Assembly (NCBI GenBank): GCA_024642145.1
Contig: JAHEBS010000001.1
Coordinates: forward strand, 1-50,093
Reading direction: 5' to 3'
DNA length: 50,093 nt
From: Marivivens sp.
GTDB taxonomy: Bacteria; Pseudomonadota; Alphaproteobacteria; Rhodobacterales; Rhodobacteraceae
Shown here: piece after piece, positions 9,554-18,770 of the stretch
Numbering within the stretch: the first letter of the stretch is position 1
How the letters are laid out: every line of letters begins with the position of its first letter
Notes under the pieces: model-generated
What the model saw: only the letters and a program-made list of their open reading frames with translations
What the model was told of the DNA's origin: nothing
Databases searched by the model: none
Made by a program: the position numbers and the translations under genes

Positions 9554-9919
9554 ATGCCACTTATTCTGCTGGTCGAAGATAACGAGATGAACCGTGATAT
9601 GCTGTCGCGGCGGCTTCTCAAACGCGGGTTCGAGTTGCAGATCGCCGTCAACGGGCAGGAGGGCGTCGATATGGCGCTGTCTGGCAGCCCCGATCTGATC
9701 TTGCTGGATATGTCGCTGCCGATCATCGACGGTTGGGAGGCCGCACGGCAGATCAAGGCAGATCCCAAGGGCAAGGCCATTCCGATCATCGCGCTGACCG
9801 CGCATGCCATGGCGGGCGACCGTGAAAAGGCGATGGCCGCAGGTTGCGACGATTATGACACCAAGCCCGTGGACCTTGCGCGGCTTTTGGAGAAAATCAG
9901 CGCCCTGATCGGCGGCTGA
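9554..9919 (+). CDS. Single-domain CheY-like response regulator (receiver only)
   Basis: The start is set at the ATG at 9554 (MPLILLVEDNEMNRD...); the track ORF begins at a non-ATG codon at 9500. The acidic pocket is VEDN, the phospho-acceptor context is LILLDMSLP, and ALTAH and DDYDTKP are conserved. Confidence 0.85.
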   Translation: MPLILLVEDNEMNRDMLSRRLLKRGFELQIAVNGQEGVDMALSGSPDLILLDMSLPIIDGWEAARQIKADPKGKAIPIIALTAHAMAGDREKAMAAGCDDYDTKPVDLARLLEKISALIGG

Positions 9920-9929
9920 ACGGGCTGGC

Positions 9930-10958
9930 ATGGCCGAGGACGCAACACCCCAAGACGCAACCAAACTCCGCGCCGCGCTCTTGGCGGGCGGGGCCGAGGC
10001 TACGGCGGCGCGCAAGGCGCTGCTGGGCGGCAATGGCACCCTGCGGCAGGCCGATTTCGCGGAATGCGATCTGGCGGCGCGCGATCTGTCTGATCTGGAC
10101 CTGCAGGGCGCCGATTTCTTTGGCGCTGACCTGTCAGCGGCCAACCTCAAGATGGCCAAGTTGACCGGAGCCGAACTGGCCCATACTCGCCTGCACGCCA
10201 CCGCGCTCTACAAGGCGGAACTCACGGGCGCCATTTTGCTCGAGGCCGATCTGGAAGGGGCGGACCTGTCGGAATGCCATGCGCGGGGCGCTGATTTCCG
10301 CGGCGCGCGACTCGCCAATGCCAAGCTTTGCGGCGCCGATCTGCGCGATGCCGATTTTTCTTTGGCCGATCTCAGCGGCGCCGACCTCAGCGGCGCCGAT
10401 ATCGGTGGCGCGCGCATGACGGCCGCCCAGATCGACGGCGCCAATGTCAGCCGCCTGCGCTATGGCGGGTATCGCAAGATGAGCGGGCTTTATAACGGGA
10501 TCCGTGGCGTCGATCAGACCTTTGGCAATGCGCTTTTCGTGCGCGACGCCAAGGATCAGGATTATATCGACACGCTCGGGCAGGCGATCCAGGACATGGC
10601 GCCCGGACCGATCAGAATGCTGGAACAGGCCATGTTCCGGCTATGGGGCCTGATCGACCATGGGCGCAGTCTGTTGAAGGTCTGGCTATATGCCCTTGGT
10701 ATTGCGACACTTTATGGGCTTTTGTATTTGGCGGACATGTCGAACGACTGGGGGATCATGGATTATTCCACCTCGGCCAATACATGGTTCACGCCGTTCT
10801 ACTATTCGGTCGTGACCTATACGACACTGGGCTATGGCGATGTGACTGCCGATAGTCTGTTGGGCGAGATGTTGGTGGTGAGCGAAGTGGTGATCGGCTA
10901 TTTCACCTTGGGGCTTTTACTGGCGATCTTGGCCAATACCATCGCCCGTCGCAGCTAG
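9930..10958 (+). CDS. Pentapeptide-repeat domain fused to a 2-TM potassium-channel pore domain
   Basis: A 342-aa ORF. It has about 25 consecutive A(D/N)LxX-type pentapeptides (ADFFGADLSAANLKMAKLTGAEL...ADLSGADLSGADIGGARM). The C-terminus has TM1 (VWLYALGIATLYGLLYL), a pore helix plus selectivity filter (FYYSVVTYTTLGYGDV) and TM2 (VVSEVVIGYFTLGLLLAIL). Confidence 0.85.
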   Translation: MAEDATPQDATKLRAALLAGGAEATAARKALLGGNGTLRQADFAECDLAARDLSDLDLQGADFFGADLSAANLKMAKLTGAELAHTRLHATALYKAELTGAILLEADLEGADLSECHARGADFRGARLANAKLCGADLRDADFSLADLSGADLSGADIGGARMTAAQIDGANVSRLRYGGYRKMSGLYNGIRGVDQTFGNALFVRDAKDQDYIDTLGQAIQDMAPGPIRMLEQAMFRLWGLIDHGRSLLKVWLYALGIATLYGLLYLADMSNDWGIMDYSTSANTWFTPFYYSVVTYTTLGYGDVTADSLLGEMLVVSEVVIGYFTLGLLLAILANTIARRS

Positions 10959-10988
10959 GGCAGCCCCCCCACCACCGCTGATTCCCGC

Positions 10989-11021
10989 AAAAAATGGCGC
11001 CCGATACACTGGCGCATTTTT
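10989..11021 (+). terminator. Rho-independent terminator closing the four-gene operon
   Basis: The sequence is AAAAAAT(G)GCGCC-CGATACACT-GGCGCATTTTT. The GC stem has one bulge and is followed by a T5 run, 31 nt after the channel gene stop. Confidence 0.6.
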
Positions 11022-11227
11022 GTCACGCCATGGTCATCATATCGCAACCTTTGGATGCAAATCTGTAGACAATCCCATGCGATGGGTTCGTTCTATACGT
11101 GAGCCATAACGACGGTTGGCCGCTTCTCCCTCGGTCAGCCGAACCTGAAATGCCAGTGGGCACGGCCGCTTCCTCCCCGGTGACGACCCACTGGTTTTTT
11201 CTTGCCCGTCCGCTAGGCTCGGCCCCC

Positions 11228-11557
11228 ATGGCAGCCATAACCACGATCCGCAATCTCGGCCCCGCGACCGCAGCGCAATATCGCCGCGCCGGTATCCATA
11301 CGGCCGAGGAGCTGCGCGAACTTGGGGCCGATGTTGCCTATGAACGATTGCTGGCCGCAGGCGAACAGCCGCATTTCATTGGCTATTACGTTCTGGTCAT
11401 GGGGTTGCAGGGCCGCCCTTGGAACGATTGCAAAGGCAAAGAGAAAGAGGCGCTGCGCCTGCGGTTTGACGACATCAAGGCGCGCGCGGTGCCAGCGCCC
11501 CTGTCTGGGATCGAGCGTGAATTGAACCGCATCGGCGTGATCGCGCGGCGCAAATGA
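11228..11557 (+). CDS. TfoX/Sxy C-terminal-domain-only protein
   Basis: The start is set at the ATG at 11228 (MAAITTIRNLGPATAAQYRRAGIHTAEELRELGADVAYERL...). The helix-hairpin-helix-like pattern is typical of the TfoX C-terminal domain. The upstream part of the track ORF has atypical composition. Confidence 0.6.
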   Translation: MAAITTIRNLGPATAAQYRRAGIHTAEELRELGADVAYERLLAAGEQPHFIGYYVLVMGLQGRPWNDCKGKEKEALRLRFDDIKARAVPAPLSGIERELNRIGVIARRK

Positions 11558-11584
11558 AAACCGCCCGGCCTTGCGACCGGGCGG
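11557..11584 (-). terminator. Rho-independent terminator of ndk, possibly bidirectional
   Basis: An 8-bp stem CCGCCCGG / CCGGGCGG (11561-11568 and 11577-11584) is followed by TTTT on the minus strand. It sits between the convergent tfoX-like and ndk genes. Confidence 0.65.
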
Positions 11585-11610
11585 CTCATGTCAGTCAAAA
11601 AGGCCGGCGA

Positions 11611-12033
11611 TTAGCCGACCAGTTCGAGACCCGAGAAGAAGAACGCGATTTCTTCGGCAGCGGTTTCCGGAGCGTCCGAACCGTGGACCGAGTTTTCGCC
11701 GATCGACAGGGCGAATTCGCGGCGGATGGTGCCCTCGGCCGCGTTGGCCGGATTGGTGGCGCCCATGACTTCACGGTTCTTGGCAATGGCGTCTTCGCCT
11801 TCCAAAACCTGAACGACGATCGGCTCGGAAATCATGAATTCGCAAAGCTCGCCAAAGAAGGGGCGGTCCTTGTGGACGCCGTAGAACTGCTGCGCCTGCG
11901 CCAGCGACAGGTGGATGCGCTTGGAAGCAACGACGCGCAGGCCGGCCTCTTCGAACTTGGCAACGATCTTGCCAGTCAGGTTACGCTTGGTGGCGTCGGG
12001 TTTGATGATCGAGAAGGTGCGCTGGATAGCCAT
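11611..12033 (-). CDS. ndk: Nucleoside-diphosphate kinase
   Basis: A 140-aa protein reading [14 protein letters not shown]...[20 protein letters not shown]. This is the canonical NDK sequence, including the active-site His in NSVHGSD. Confidence 0.97.
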   Translation of the reverse strand: MAIQRTFSIIKPDATKRNLTGKIVAKFEEAGLRVVASKRIHLSLAQAQQFYGVHKDRPFFGELCEFMISEPIVVQVLEGEDAIAKNREVMGATNPANAAEGTIRREFALSIGENSVHGSDAPETAAEEIAFFFSGLELVG

Positions 12034-12155
12034 GATTGCCTCTGTTTGTGCGGGGACGAGCGCCCCCTGAGAATGGGATGGCGCCCCCTACCATGGCTCT
12101 TTGCACATGAAAAGCCGCGATTGACGCCATCGGGCGCGTCAGGCAACAAGCGGCC

Positions 12156-14006
12156 ATGCTCAAGCTTGAAAACATATCCTACGCCATCGACGGCCGCCCG
12201 CTGATTGAAGAGGCCTCGGCCGTCATCCCGACCGGTCACAAGGTGGGCCTTGTCGGCCGTAACGGCACGGGAAAAACCACGCTCTTTCGCTTGATCCGCG
12301 GCGAGTTGTCGCTCGACCAAGGCGAGATCACCTTGCCCAAGGGCTGGCGCATCGGTGGCGTGGCGCAAGAGGTGCCGGGCAACGAGGTCAATCTGATCGA
12401 CACGGTGATGGCCGCCGATACCGAGCGTGCGGCGCTGATGGCCGAGGCGGAAACCGCCCATGATGCCCACCGCATTGCCGAAATCCAGATGCGGCTTGCC
12501 GATATCGACGCGTGGTCGGCCGAGGCGCGGGCCGCCTCGATCCTCAAGGGGCTAGGTTTCAACGATGCCGAACAGCTGATGCCCTGTTCGGCCTTTTCCG
12601 GCGGCTGGCGTATGCGCGTCGCGCTGGCGGCAGTGCTGTTTGCCTCGCCCGACCTGTTGCTTTTGGACGAACCGACCAACTACCTCGACCTAGAGGGTGC
12701 GCTTTGGCTGGAAAGCTATCTGGCGAAATACCCCCATACGGTGGTCATCGTCAGCCATGATCGCGGGCTTTTGAACCGCGCTGTGGGCTCGATCCTGCAT
12801 CTCGAGGACCGCAAGCTCACCTATTACCAGTCGCCCTATGACCAGTTTGCCGAAACCCGCGCCGCGCGGATCGCGCTGGCCGAGGCCGAAAACACCCGCG
12901 CCAAGGCACGCGTCGCGCATCTACAAAGCTTTGTGGACCGTTTCCGCTATAAGGCCTCCAAGGCTGTTCAGGCCCAGTCGCGCCTGAAGATGATCGAACG
13001 GATCAAGCTGATCTCGACCCCGCAAGAAGCCGCGCTACGTGCCTTCAGCTTTCCCGAACCCGAGGAACTGTCGCCGCCGATTCTGGCCGCAGACGGCGTT
13101 GCGGTGGGGTATGGCGAGCGTGTGGTGCTGGACCGGCTGGAGCTGCGGGTCGATCAGGACGACCGTATTGCTTTGCTCGGGCGCAACGGCGAAGGCAAAT
13201 CTACCTTGTCCAAGCTGTTCGCCAACCGCCTGGAGCCCATGAAGGGCCGGCTGACGCGGTCATCGAAACTGCGCATCGGCTATTTTGCCCAACATCAGGT
13301 GGATGAATTGCGGGTCGAGGAAACGCCCTTGGACCATCTGCGTCGCCTGCGCCCCACCGAGGGCCCTGCCCGCTGGCGCGCGCGTCTGTCGGGCTTTGGT
13401 CTGCAGGCGGCTCAGGCCGAAACCGTGGTCGGGCGGCTGTCGGGCGGGCAAAAGGCACGCCTGTCGCTGTTGCTGGCCACGCTTGATGCGCCGCATCTTC
13501 TGATCCTTGACGAACCGACAAACCACCTCGACATCGAAAGCCGCGAGGCGCTGGTCGAGGCGCTGACCGCCTATACGGGCGCGGTGATCCTTGTCAGCCA
13601 TGACATGCACCTGCTGAGCCTCGTGGCCGACCGGCTCTGGCTGGTCAAGGACGGGCGCGTCAAACCCTATGACGGCGATCTGGAAGACTACCGCACCAGC
13701 CTCTTGACCGGCGAGCGGGCCGAAGCCAAATCCGCCCCTGCCCCCAAGCCGCCCAAGCCAAGCCGCGATCAGTTGTTGAACCTGCGCGCCGAGGTTCGCA
13801 AATCCGAAGAACGCGTGACCAAGATCAACGAGATGCGCGACAAGCTCGCGACCAAGCTCGCCGATCCGGCGCTCTATGAGGATAGCCGTATCGGCGAGTT
13901 GGAAACGTGGAACCGCAAATACGCCGAAGTGATGCAGGGCCTGCACCGCGCCGAGGCGCTCTGGCTGGCGGCAACCGAGGCGCTTGAACAGGCCGAGAGC
14001 GCCTGA
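12156..14006 (+). CDS. ABC-F family ATPase (two ABC cassettes, no transmembrane domain)
   Basis: A 616-aa protein with two Walker A motifs (GRNGTGKTT, GRNGEGKST), two signature motifs (FSGGWRMR, LSGGQKAR) and a C-terminal coiled-coil tail. Confidence 0.92.
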   Translation: MLKLENISYAIDGRPLIEEASAVIPTGHKVGLVGRNGTGKTTLFRLIRGELSLDQGEITLPKGWRIGGVAQEVPGNEVNLIDTVMAADTERAALMAEAETAHDAHRIAEIQMRLADIDAWSAEARAASILKGLGFNDAEQLMPCSAFSGGWRMRVALAAVLFASPDLLLLDEPTNYLDLEGALWLESYLAKYPHTVVIVSHDRGLLNRAVGSILHLEDRKLTYYQSPYDQFAETRAARIALAEAENTRAKARVAHLQSFVDRFRYKASKAVQAQSRLKMIERIKLISTPQEAALRAFSFPEPEELSPPILAADGVAVGYGERVVLDRLELRVDQDDRIALLGRNGEGKSTLSKLFANRLEPMKGRLTRSSKLRIGYFAQHQVDELRVEETPLDHLRRLRPTEGPARWRARLSGFGLQAAQAETVVGRLSGGQKARLSLLLATLDAPHLLILDEPTNHLDIESREALVEALTAYTGAVILVSHDMHLLSLVADRLWLVKDGRVKPYDGDLEDYRTSLLTGERAEAKSAPAPKPPKPSRDQLLNLRAEVRKSEERVTKINEMRDKLATKLADPALYEDSRIGELETWNRKYAEVMQGLHRAEALWLAATEALEQAESA

Positions 14007-14073
14007 ACCGCGCAAACCGCTGGCGCCATGGCCCCAGTCATGGTCTGATCGGCGCAACTGGAACGGAGCGACC

Positions 14074-14703
14074 ATGACCGACACATCCGCCCTGATCATC
14101 GTGTTCTCGACGCTTTTCGTTGTCATCGATCCACCCGCCATTGCGCCTCTGTTCATGGCGCTGACCCAAGGGATGGAAAACGCGCGCCGCCGTGTGATCG
14201 CCATCCGCGCCGTGGCGACAGCCGCGATCTTGTTGACGATCTTCTTCTTTCTGGGCGAGGCGGTGCTGAACTTTATCGGCGTCACCATCCCCGCGTTCCG
14301 GATCGCGGGTGGGGTGCTGCTGTTTCTGACGGCGCTCGACATGCTGTTCCAGCGCCGCCAAGCGCGGCGCAAGGGCAACGCCGAGGAGGGTGGACAGGAA
14401 CATCACGACGACCCCTCGATCTTTCCCTTGGCGATCCCGCTGATCGTCGGGCCGGGCGCGATCACCACAGTCATCTTGATGGCCGCGCAAACAACGCTTG
14501 TTGCCGATCGGGCCGCGGTGTTGGGGATGGTTTACGGGGTGCTGATCATCGTCTTGTTGACCTGCCTTGCCGCCGGACCGATCGAACGGGCGCTGGGCAA
14601 GGTCGGGATCGATGTCGTCACGCGGATTCTGGGCATGTTGCTGGCCGCCTTGGCCGTGCAATTCATCATCGACGGGATGCGCACTGTCGGAATGATCGCC
14701 TAA
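14074..14703 (+). CDS. MarC family (UPF0056) integral membrane protein
   Basis: The start is the ATG at 14074 with GGAG 6 nt upstream. The protein begins MTDTSALIIVFSTLFVVIDPPAIAPLF, is polytopic, and has the typical FPLAIPLIVGPGAITT segment. Confidence 0.8.
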   Translation: MTDTSALIIVFSTLFVVIDPPAIAPLFMALTQGMENARRRVIAIRAVATAAILLTIFFFLGEAVLNFIGVTIPAFRIAGGVLLFLTALDMLFQRRQARRKGNAEEGGQEHHDDPSIFPLAIPLIVGPGAITTVILMAAQTTLVADRAAVLGMVYGVLIIVLLTCLAAGPIERALGKVGIDVVTRILGMLLAALAVQFIIDGMRTVGMIA

Positions 14704-14719
14704 GCCCCATATAGGGTCC

Positions 14720-15298
14720 ATGACCAGCGACCAGATTGCCCGCATCATCTATCTTGCCGTCATCGCCTGTGTGGTGGGGCTAAGCCTTGTGCTGCAAAAC
14801 CGCCGCAACTTGCCCAAGCTGGCACAGCATGGTGCAATCTGGGGTCTGATTTTCGTGGGCATGATGGCGGGCTATGGCCTGTGGGCCGATATCCGGACCG
14901 CTGGCAACGCCACCCCCCGCCAGATTGATGCCACGACCCTTGCCATTCCCATGGGTTCGGATGGTCACTTTCACGTGCGCGCCAAGGTCAACGGCGTCGA
15001 GATCGGCTTTCTCGTCGATACCGGCGCCTCCGACATCGTTCTGACCCGCGCTGATGCCCAGAGGCTGGGATATGATCTGGGTCGGCTGGCCTTTCTGGGC
15101 AGCAGCGCCACAGCCAATGGCACCGTCCGCACCGCGCGCGTCAGGCTGGACCGGATCGAGGTCGGCGGCTTTGCCAACGATGGGGTGCAGGCGCTGGTTA
15201 ACGACGGGCAGCTTGATACCTCGCTGTTGGGGATGAGTTACCTCCGGCTCTTTTCCAACATCGAAATCGCCGGAAACGAGCTTAGGCTTAGCCGCTAG
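14720..15298 (+). CDS. Membrane-anchored retropepsin-like (clan AA, TIGR02281-type) aspartic protease
   Basis: Two N-terminal TM helices are followed by GHFHVRAKVNGVEIGFLVDTGASDIVLT. The DTGA catalytic motif is present. Confidence 0.8.
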   Translation: MTSDQIARIIYLAVIACVVGLSLVLQNRRNLPKLAQHGAIWGLIFVGMMAGYGLWADIRTAGNATPRQIDATTLAIPMGSDGHFHVRAKVNGVEIGFLVDTGASDIVLTRADAQRLGYDLGRLAFLGSSATANGTVRTARVRLDRIEVGGFANDGVQALVNDGQLDTSLLGMSYLRLFSNIEIAGNELRLSR

Positions 15299-15366
15299 CC
15301 TGTCGCCTTGCAGCAATGTTAGCGGTATCAATGCGCAACCGAATCGCCAGCCACGACGGAGAGCCC

Positions 15367-16341
15367 ATGACCCGCAGGCCCAACCAGCTGAGCCTTGTCG
15401 CCGATATCGGCGGCACCAACACCCGCGTGGCGCTGGCCGATGGGCGGCGCGTGCTGGGTGACAGTATCCGCCGCTACAGCAACGCCGATTTCCCCGGACT
15501 CGAGTCCGTTCTGAGCCGCTATATCGCGGAAGAGGGCGATATTGACACCAAAGCGGCCTGTGTCGCCGTCGCGGGGCCGGTGCGGGACGGCAAGGCCACG
15601 ATGACCAATCTGGACTGGACCATCGACGCGGCGACGTTGGCGCGTGCGACGAAGGCCGAAACCACGGCCATTCTCAATGACTTGCAGGCGCAGGGCCATG
15701 CCCTTGGCCATATCGCCGCCGATAACCTGCTGCCGGTTCTGACCGGACCCGCGGCGGGCCCCGAGGCAACCCGATTGGTGATCGGCGTCGGCACGGGTTT
15801 TAACGCCTCGGCAGTTTTTGAAACCGGACGCGGGCGGTTCGTGGCACCGTCGGAAAGCGGGCATATCAATCTGCACGCCCGCACCGAGGCCGATTTGCGG
15901 CTCTGCCAGTTCGTCGAAACCGCACATGGCTTTCCCGGTGTCGAGGATGTGCTGTCAGGTCGCGGTCTGGAACGGGTCTATGCATGGCTGGGCCATGAGG
16001 CCGGCGACGGGCGCGAGGCGGCGGCTTCGGCCATTATGGCCGCCTGTGCGGATGGCAGCGATCCGCGGGCGACCCATGCGCTGCGGGTGTTCATCGCGTT
16101 TCTGGGCTCGGTCGCGGGCAATCTGGCATTGATCCATCTGCCCTTCGGCGGGATCTATCTGATCGGTGGCGTGGCACGCGCGGTCACCCCCTATCTGTGG
16201 CCGCTCGGCTTTGGCGGGGCCTTCCGCGACAAGGGTCGCTTTGCGGGTTTTATGGGCAATTTTCCGGTGACCGTGATCGAGGATGACTTTGCCGCCCTGA
16301 CCGGCTGTGCGGCCCATCTGGTCGAATTGCAGGACCAGTAA
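15367..16341 (+). CDS. glk: Glucokinase
   Basis: The start is set at the ATG at 15367 (GGAGAG upstream). The protein begins LVADIGGTNTRVALADG (ATP-binding motif). Overall length and the GGIYLIGGVA motif fit bacterial Glk. Confidence 0.85.
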   Translation: MTRRPNQLSLVADIGGTNTRVALADGRRVLGDSIRRYSNADFPGLESVLSRYIAEEGDIDTKAACVAVAGPVRDGKATMTNLDWTIDAATLARATKAETTAILNDLQAQGHALGHIAADNLLPVLTGPAAGPEATRLVIGVGTGFNASAVFETGRGRFVAPSESGHINLHARTEADLRLCQFVETAHGFPGVEDVLSGRGLERVYAWLGHEAGDGREAAASAIMAACADGSDPRATHALRVFIAFLGSVAGNLALIHLPFGGIYLIGGVARAVTPYLWPLGFGGAFRDKGRFAGFMGNFPVTVIEDDFAALTGCAAHLVELQDQ

Positions 16342-16349
16342 CCCTTGGC

Positions 16350-18686
16350 TTACTGGCCGGTCTGTTGCCGCATCTGGCGATCAACCGTTTCGGTCAACTC
16401 GGTCAGCGAGAACGGCTTTTGCAAGAAAACCGACTGCGGGATCAGCGACTGGTTTTCGCCAAAGGCGTCTTCGGCATAGCCCGAGACAAACACCACCTGC
16501 ATCGCCGGATGGTGTTTGAGCGCGATCCGCACCCAGCTCGGGCCATCCAGCCCCGGCATGATCACGTCACTGACAATGACATCGACGTGCAACTCGGGGT
16601 CGCGCAGGGCCTCGAGCGCCGCCTCGCCGCAATCGGCCTCGACGACTGAATAGCCCCGCAGCGCCAAGGCGCGGGAGGCGAATGAACGCACAGGCGCCTC
16701 GTCCTCGACCAAAAGCACCACCCCGCCCCGCGGGCCAGCGATCATCGGTTTGGGCAGTCCCTTGTCTGGCAGGGACAGCGCCTCGGGCGAAACCGCTGTT
16801 TCACGGTCCAGTGCCGGCAACAGAATGCTGAACCGCGCACCGGCACCGATCTGGCTGTCGACAAAGATGAAACCGCCGGTCTGTTTGACGATGCCATAGG
16901 CGGTGGACAGGCCCAGCCCCGTGCCCTCACCGACGCGTTTGGTCGTGTAGAAGGGTTCAAAAATCTTGGCCATTTTCTCGGGCGCGATGCCGTGGCCCTC
17001 ATCCGCGACGGTAACCCGCACATAGCGACCGGCAGGCACCGTGGCGCGGTCACGTTCCATGGGTTCCGCCAGATCAAGGTTTTCGGTGCCGATGGTAATC
17101 TGCCCACCCTCGGCCATGGCATCGCGGGCATTGACCACAAGGTTCATGATGACCTGTTCAATCTGCCGCCGATCCGCGCGCACGGGCGCAAGTTCGGGAT
17201 CATGCACCAGATCAAGCGTGATCCGCTCGCCCACCAAACGGTTCAAGAGATGCGTCAGATCCGCCAGCGTATCGCGCAGATCAACCACCTGAAGCTGCTG
17301 GTTCTGCTTGCGTGAAAAAGCCAGCAATTGGCCGACCAAGGCCGCGGCGCGGTTGGCATTGTGATGGATCTGCACAAGATCGGCAAAGTCACCATCGCTT
17401 TGATCGTGGCGCAGCAACAGCAGGTCGCAATGGCCCGAAATAGCGGTCAGCAGGTTGTTGAAATCATGTGCGATTCCACCCGCCAACTGGCCAATCGCCT
17501 GCATTTTCTGGCTTTGGACAAACTGTGCCTCCAGCGCCTTAAACTCGGTGACGTCGTTCAGGACCCCGATCAGGACCTGCCCGTCATCCTCTTGCGCGCG
17601 GTTCAGCGTCAATTGCACGAACAGGTCCTGACGCACGCCCGCGCCTCGCAGAAATTGCGGCCCGCCCTGCCCGCGCCCCGCGCATGTGTCGCGCAGCCAA
17701 TCGATCATTGGCCGTCCCAAGCCTTCCAGCAGATCCGATAGCCTCAGCCCGTCAACGGCGCCAATCTGCAAGAGCGTCCGCGCCTCGCGGTTGGCCTCGG
17801 CCAGCGTGCCATCGGGGCGGATCTTGAGCAAAGGCACAGGCAGCACCTCGATCTCGGTCCAGTGCGGCGGCGCCTCGGCGGCGTCGGTTGGCAAAAGATA
17901 TATCTCGCGCCGCGCACCGGCGCCGCCAAGCTCGGCCACAAGCCACCGCGTGACCTCGCGCTCGCCCTGCACATCCAGGATCTGGCCCGACCGCACGGTC
18001 TGATCGCCGAAGATCTGACCCAGTCCCTTGACCCGCCCCCCGACCAACTGGCGGAAAGCCGGATTCATATAGAGGACCGTGCCCGTGGCCCCCGCCGTCA
18101 GCATCGGCAGGTTCAAGGCATCGCTTGGCCGCGTTTCCTGCAACTCGGCAACCTCGTCGATCCGCCAGAGAAACCGCCCTTCGCCAGCGGGTTGGGCCGC
18201 GACGACCATATGGCCGCGACGGGTCGTGACCTCTTCTTGGGCCGCGCCTTCGCCCAGCGCCTTTTGTTGCAGCCGGTAAAGCAGCGCGGTCGGGTTGGTG
18301 ATCTGGTCGGCAAGCAAAAGCGGCAGATCGGCGGCTCCGGCCTGCGCCGCGCTATTGGCAAAAAGGATCAGCCCGTTCTCGTCAGCCAGATAGGCAGGCC
18401 CGCTTAGCCCTTGGGCCAAGAGGCGGGCGGCCTCGTTGCGGATGCCATCGGCAAAGCGCCCCCGCCAACGCGCCACGGCGCCAGCGCCCGCCACCAGCCC
18501 CAAGGCAAGTGCCGCCAAGACCAGCGCGATCGAGGCAAAAAGCGGTGCCACCAATAGCCCTGCCGCGGCGGCCAGAAGGGCCGCAGCCAGCATCACATCC
18601 GCGCGTGGCAAGCGCGCGAGTGTCGGCCCGATTGGCAGCATCCCGATTGGTGACTGGTCGGACACCCTGATCCTCTCGCCTTTCAT
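16350..18686 (-). CDS. Membrane-bound PAS-containing hybrid histidine kinase with a C-terminal receiver; CckA-like
   Basis: A 778-aa ORF with an N-terminal hydrophobic pair. The H-box region is [32 protein letters not shown]. The ATPase motifs are [16 protein letters not shown] and GTGLGLST. The REC domain reads [11 protein letters not shown]...[11 protein letters not shown]...FLQKPF. The DHp sequence resembles CckA as I remember it, but this is not proven. Confidence 0.88.
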   Translation of the reverse strand: MKGERIRVSDQSPIGMLPIGPTLARLPRADVMLAAALLAAAAGLLVAPLFASIALVLAALALGLVAGAGAVARWRGRFADGIRNEAARLLAQGLSGPAYLADENGLILFANSAAQAGAADLPLLLADQITNPTALLYRLQQKALGEGAAQEEVTTRRGHMVVAAQPAGEGRFLWRIDEVAELQETRPSDALNLPMLTAGATGTVLYMNPAFRQLVGGRVKGLGQIFGDQTVRSGQILDVQGEREVTRWLVAELGGAGARREIYLLPTDAAEAPPHWTEIEVLPVPLLKIRPDGTLAEANREARTLLQIGAVDGLRLSDLLEGLGRPMIDWLRDTCAGRGQGGPQFLRGAGVRQDLFVQLTLNRAQEDDGQVLIGVLNDVTEFKALEAQFVQSQKMQAIGQLAGGIAHDFNNLLTAISGHCDLLLLRHDQSDGDFADLVQIHHNANRAAALVGQLLAFSRKQNQQLQVVDLRDTLADLTHLLNRLVGERITLDLVHDPELAPVRADRRQIEQVIMNLVVNARDAMAEGGQITIGTENLDLAEPMERDRATVPAGRYVRVTVADEGHGIAPEKMAKIFEPFYTTKRVGEGTGLGLSTAYGIVKQTGGFIFVDSQIGAGARFSILLPALDRETAVSPEALSLPDKGLPKPMIAGPRGGVVLLVEDEAPVRSFASRALALRGYSVVEADCGEAALEALRDPELHVDVIVSDVIMPGLDGPSWVRIALKHHPAMQVVFVSGYAEDAFGENQSLIPQSVFLQKPFSLTELTETVDRQMRQQTGQ

Positions 18687-18770
18687 GCGAGGAGAATTGC
18701 CCGAGCAAACCTAACAAACCCTGAACACGCTCAGGCGAACTCGCCCCAAAACGCACACGTTAAGGTTGTT

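Noticed and set aside
10365-10409. Three tandem 15-nt units (GCCGATCTCAGCGGC / GCCGACCTCAGCGGC / GCCGATATCGGTGGC).
   Set aside because: They are in frame within the pentapeptide-repeat gene and simply encode consecutive ADLSG/ADLSG/ADIGG pentapeptides. This is not a CRISPR array or a non-coding repeat.
11023-11253. A 76-aa minus-strand ORF between the operon terminator and the tfoX-like gene.
   Set aside because: - It has no RBS and no recognisable motifs.
- It overlaps the start of the tfoX-like gene.
1-11600. The left 11 kb might be a tRNA-Asn-flanked genomic island or mobile element.
   Set aside because: - No integrase, transposase or recombinase ORF is present.
- I could not find a direct repeat of the tRNA 3' end near 11 kb.
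- By eye, base composition and codon style do not differ from the rest of the window.
- A quantitative GC or k-mer scan and comparison with related genomes would be needed to revisit this.
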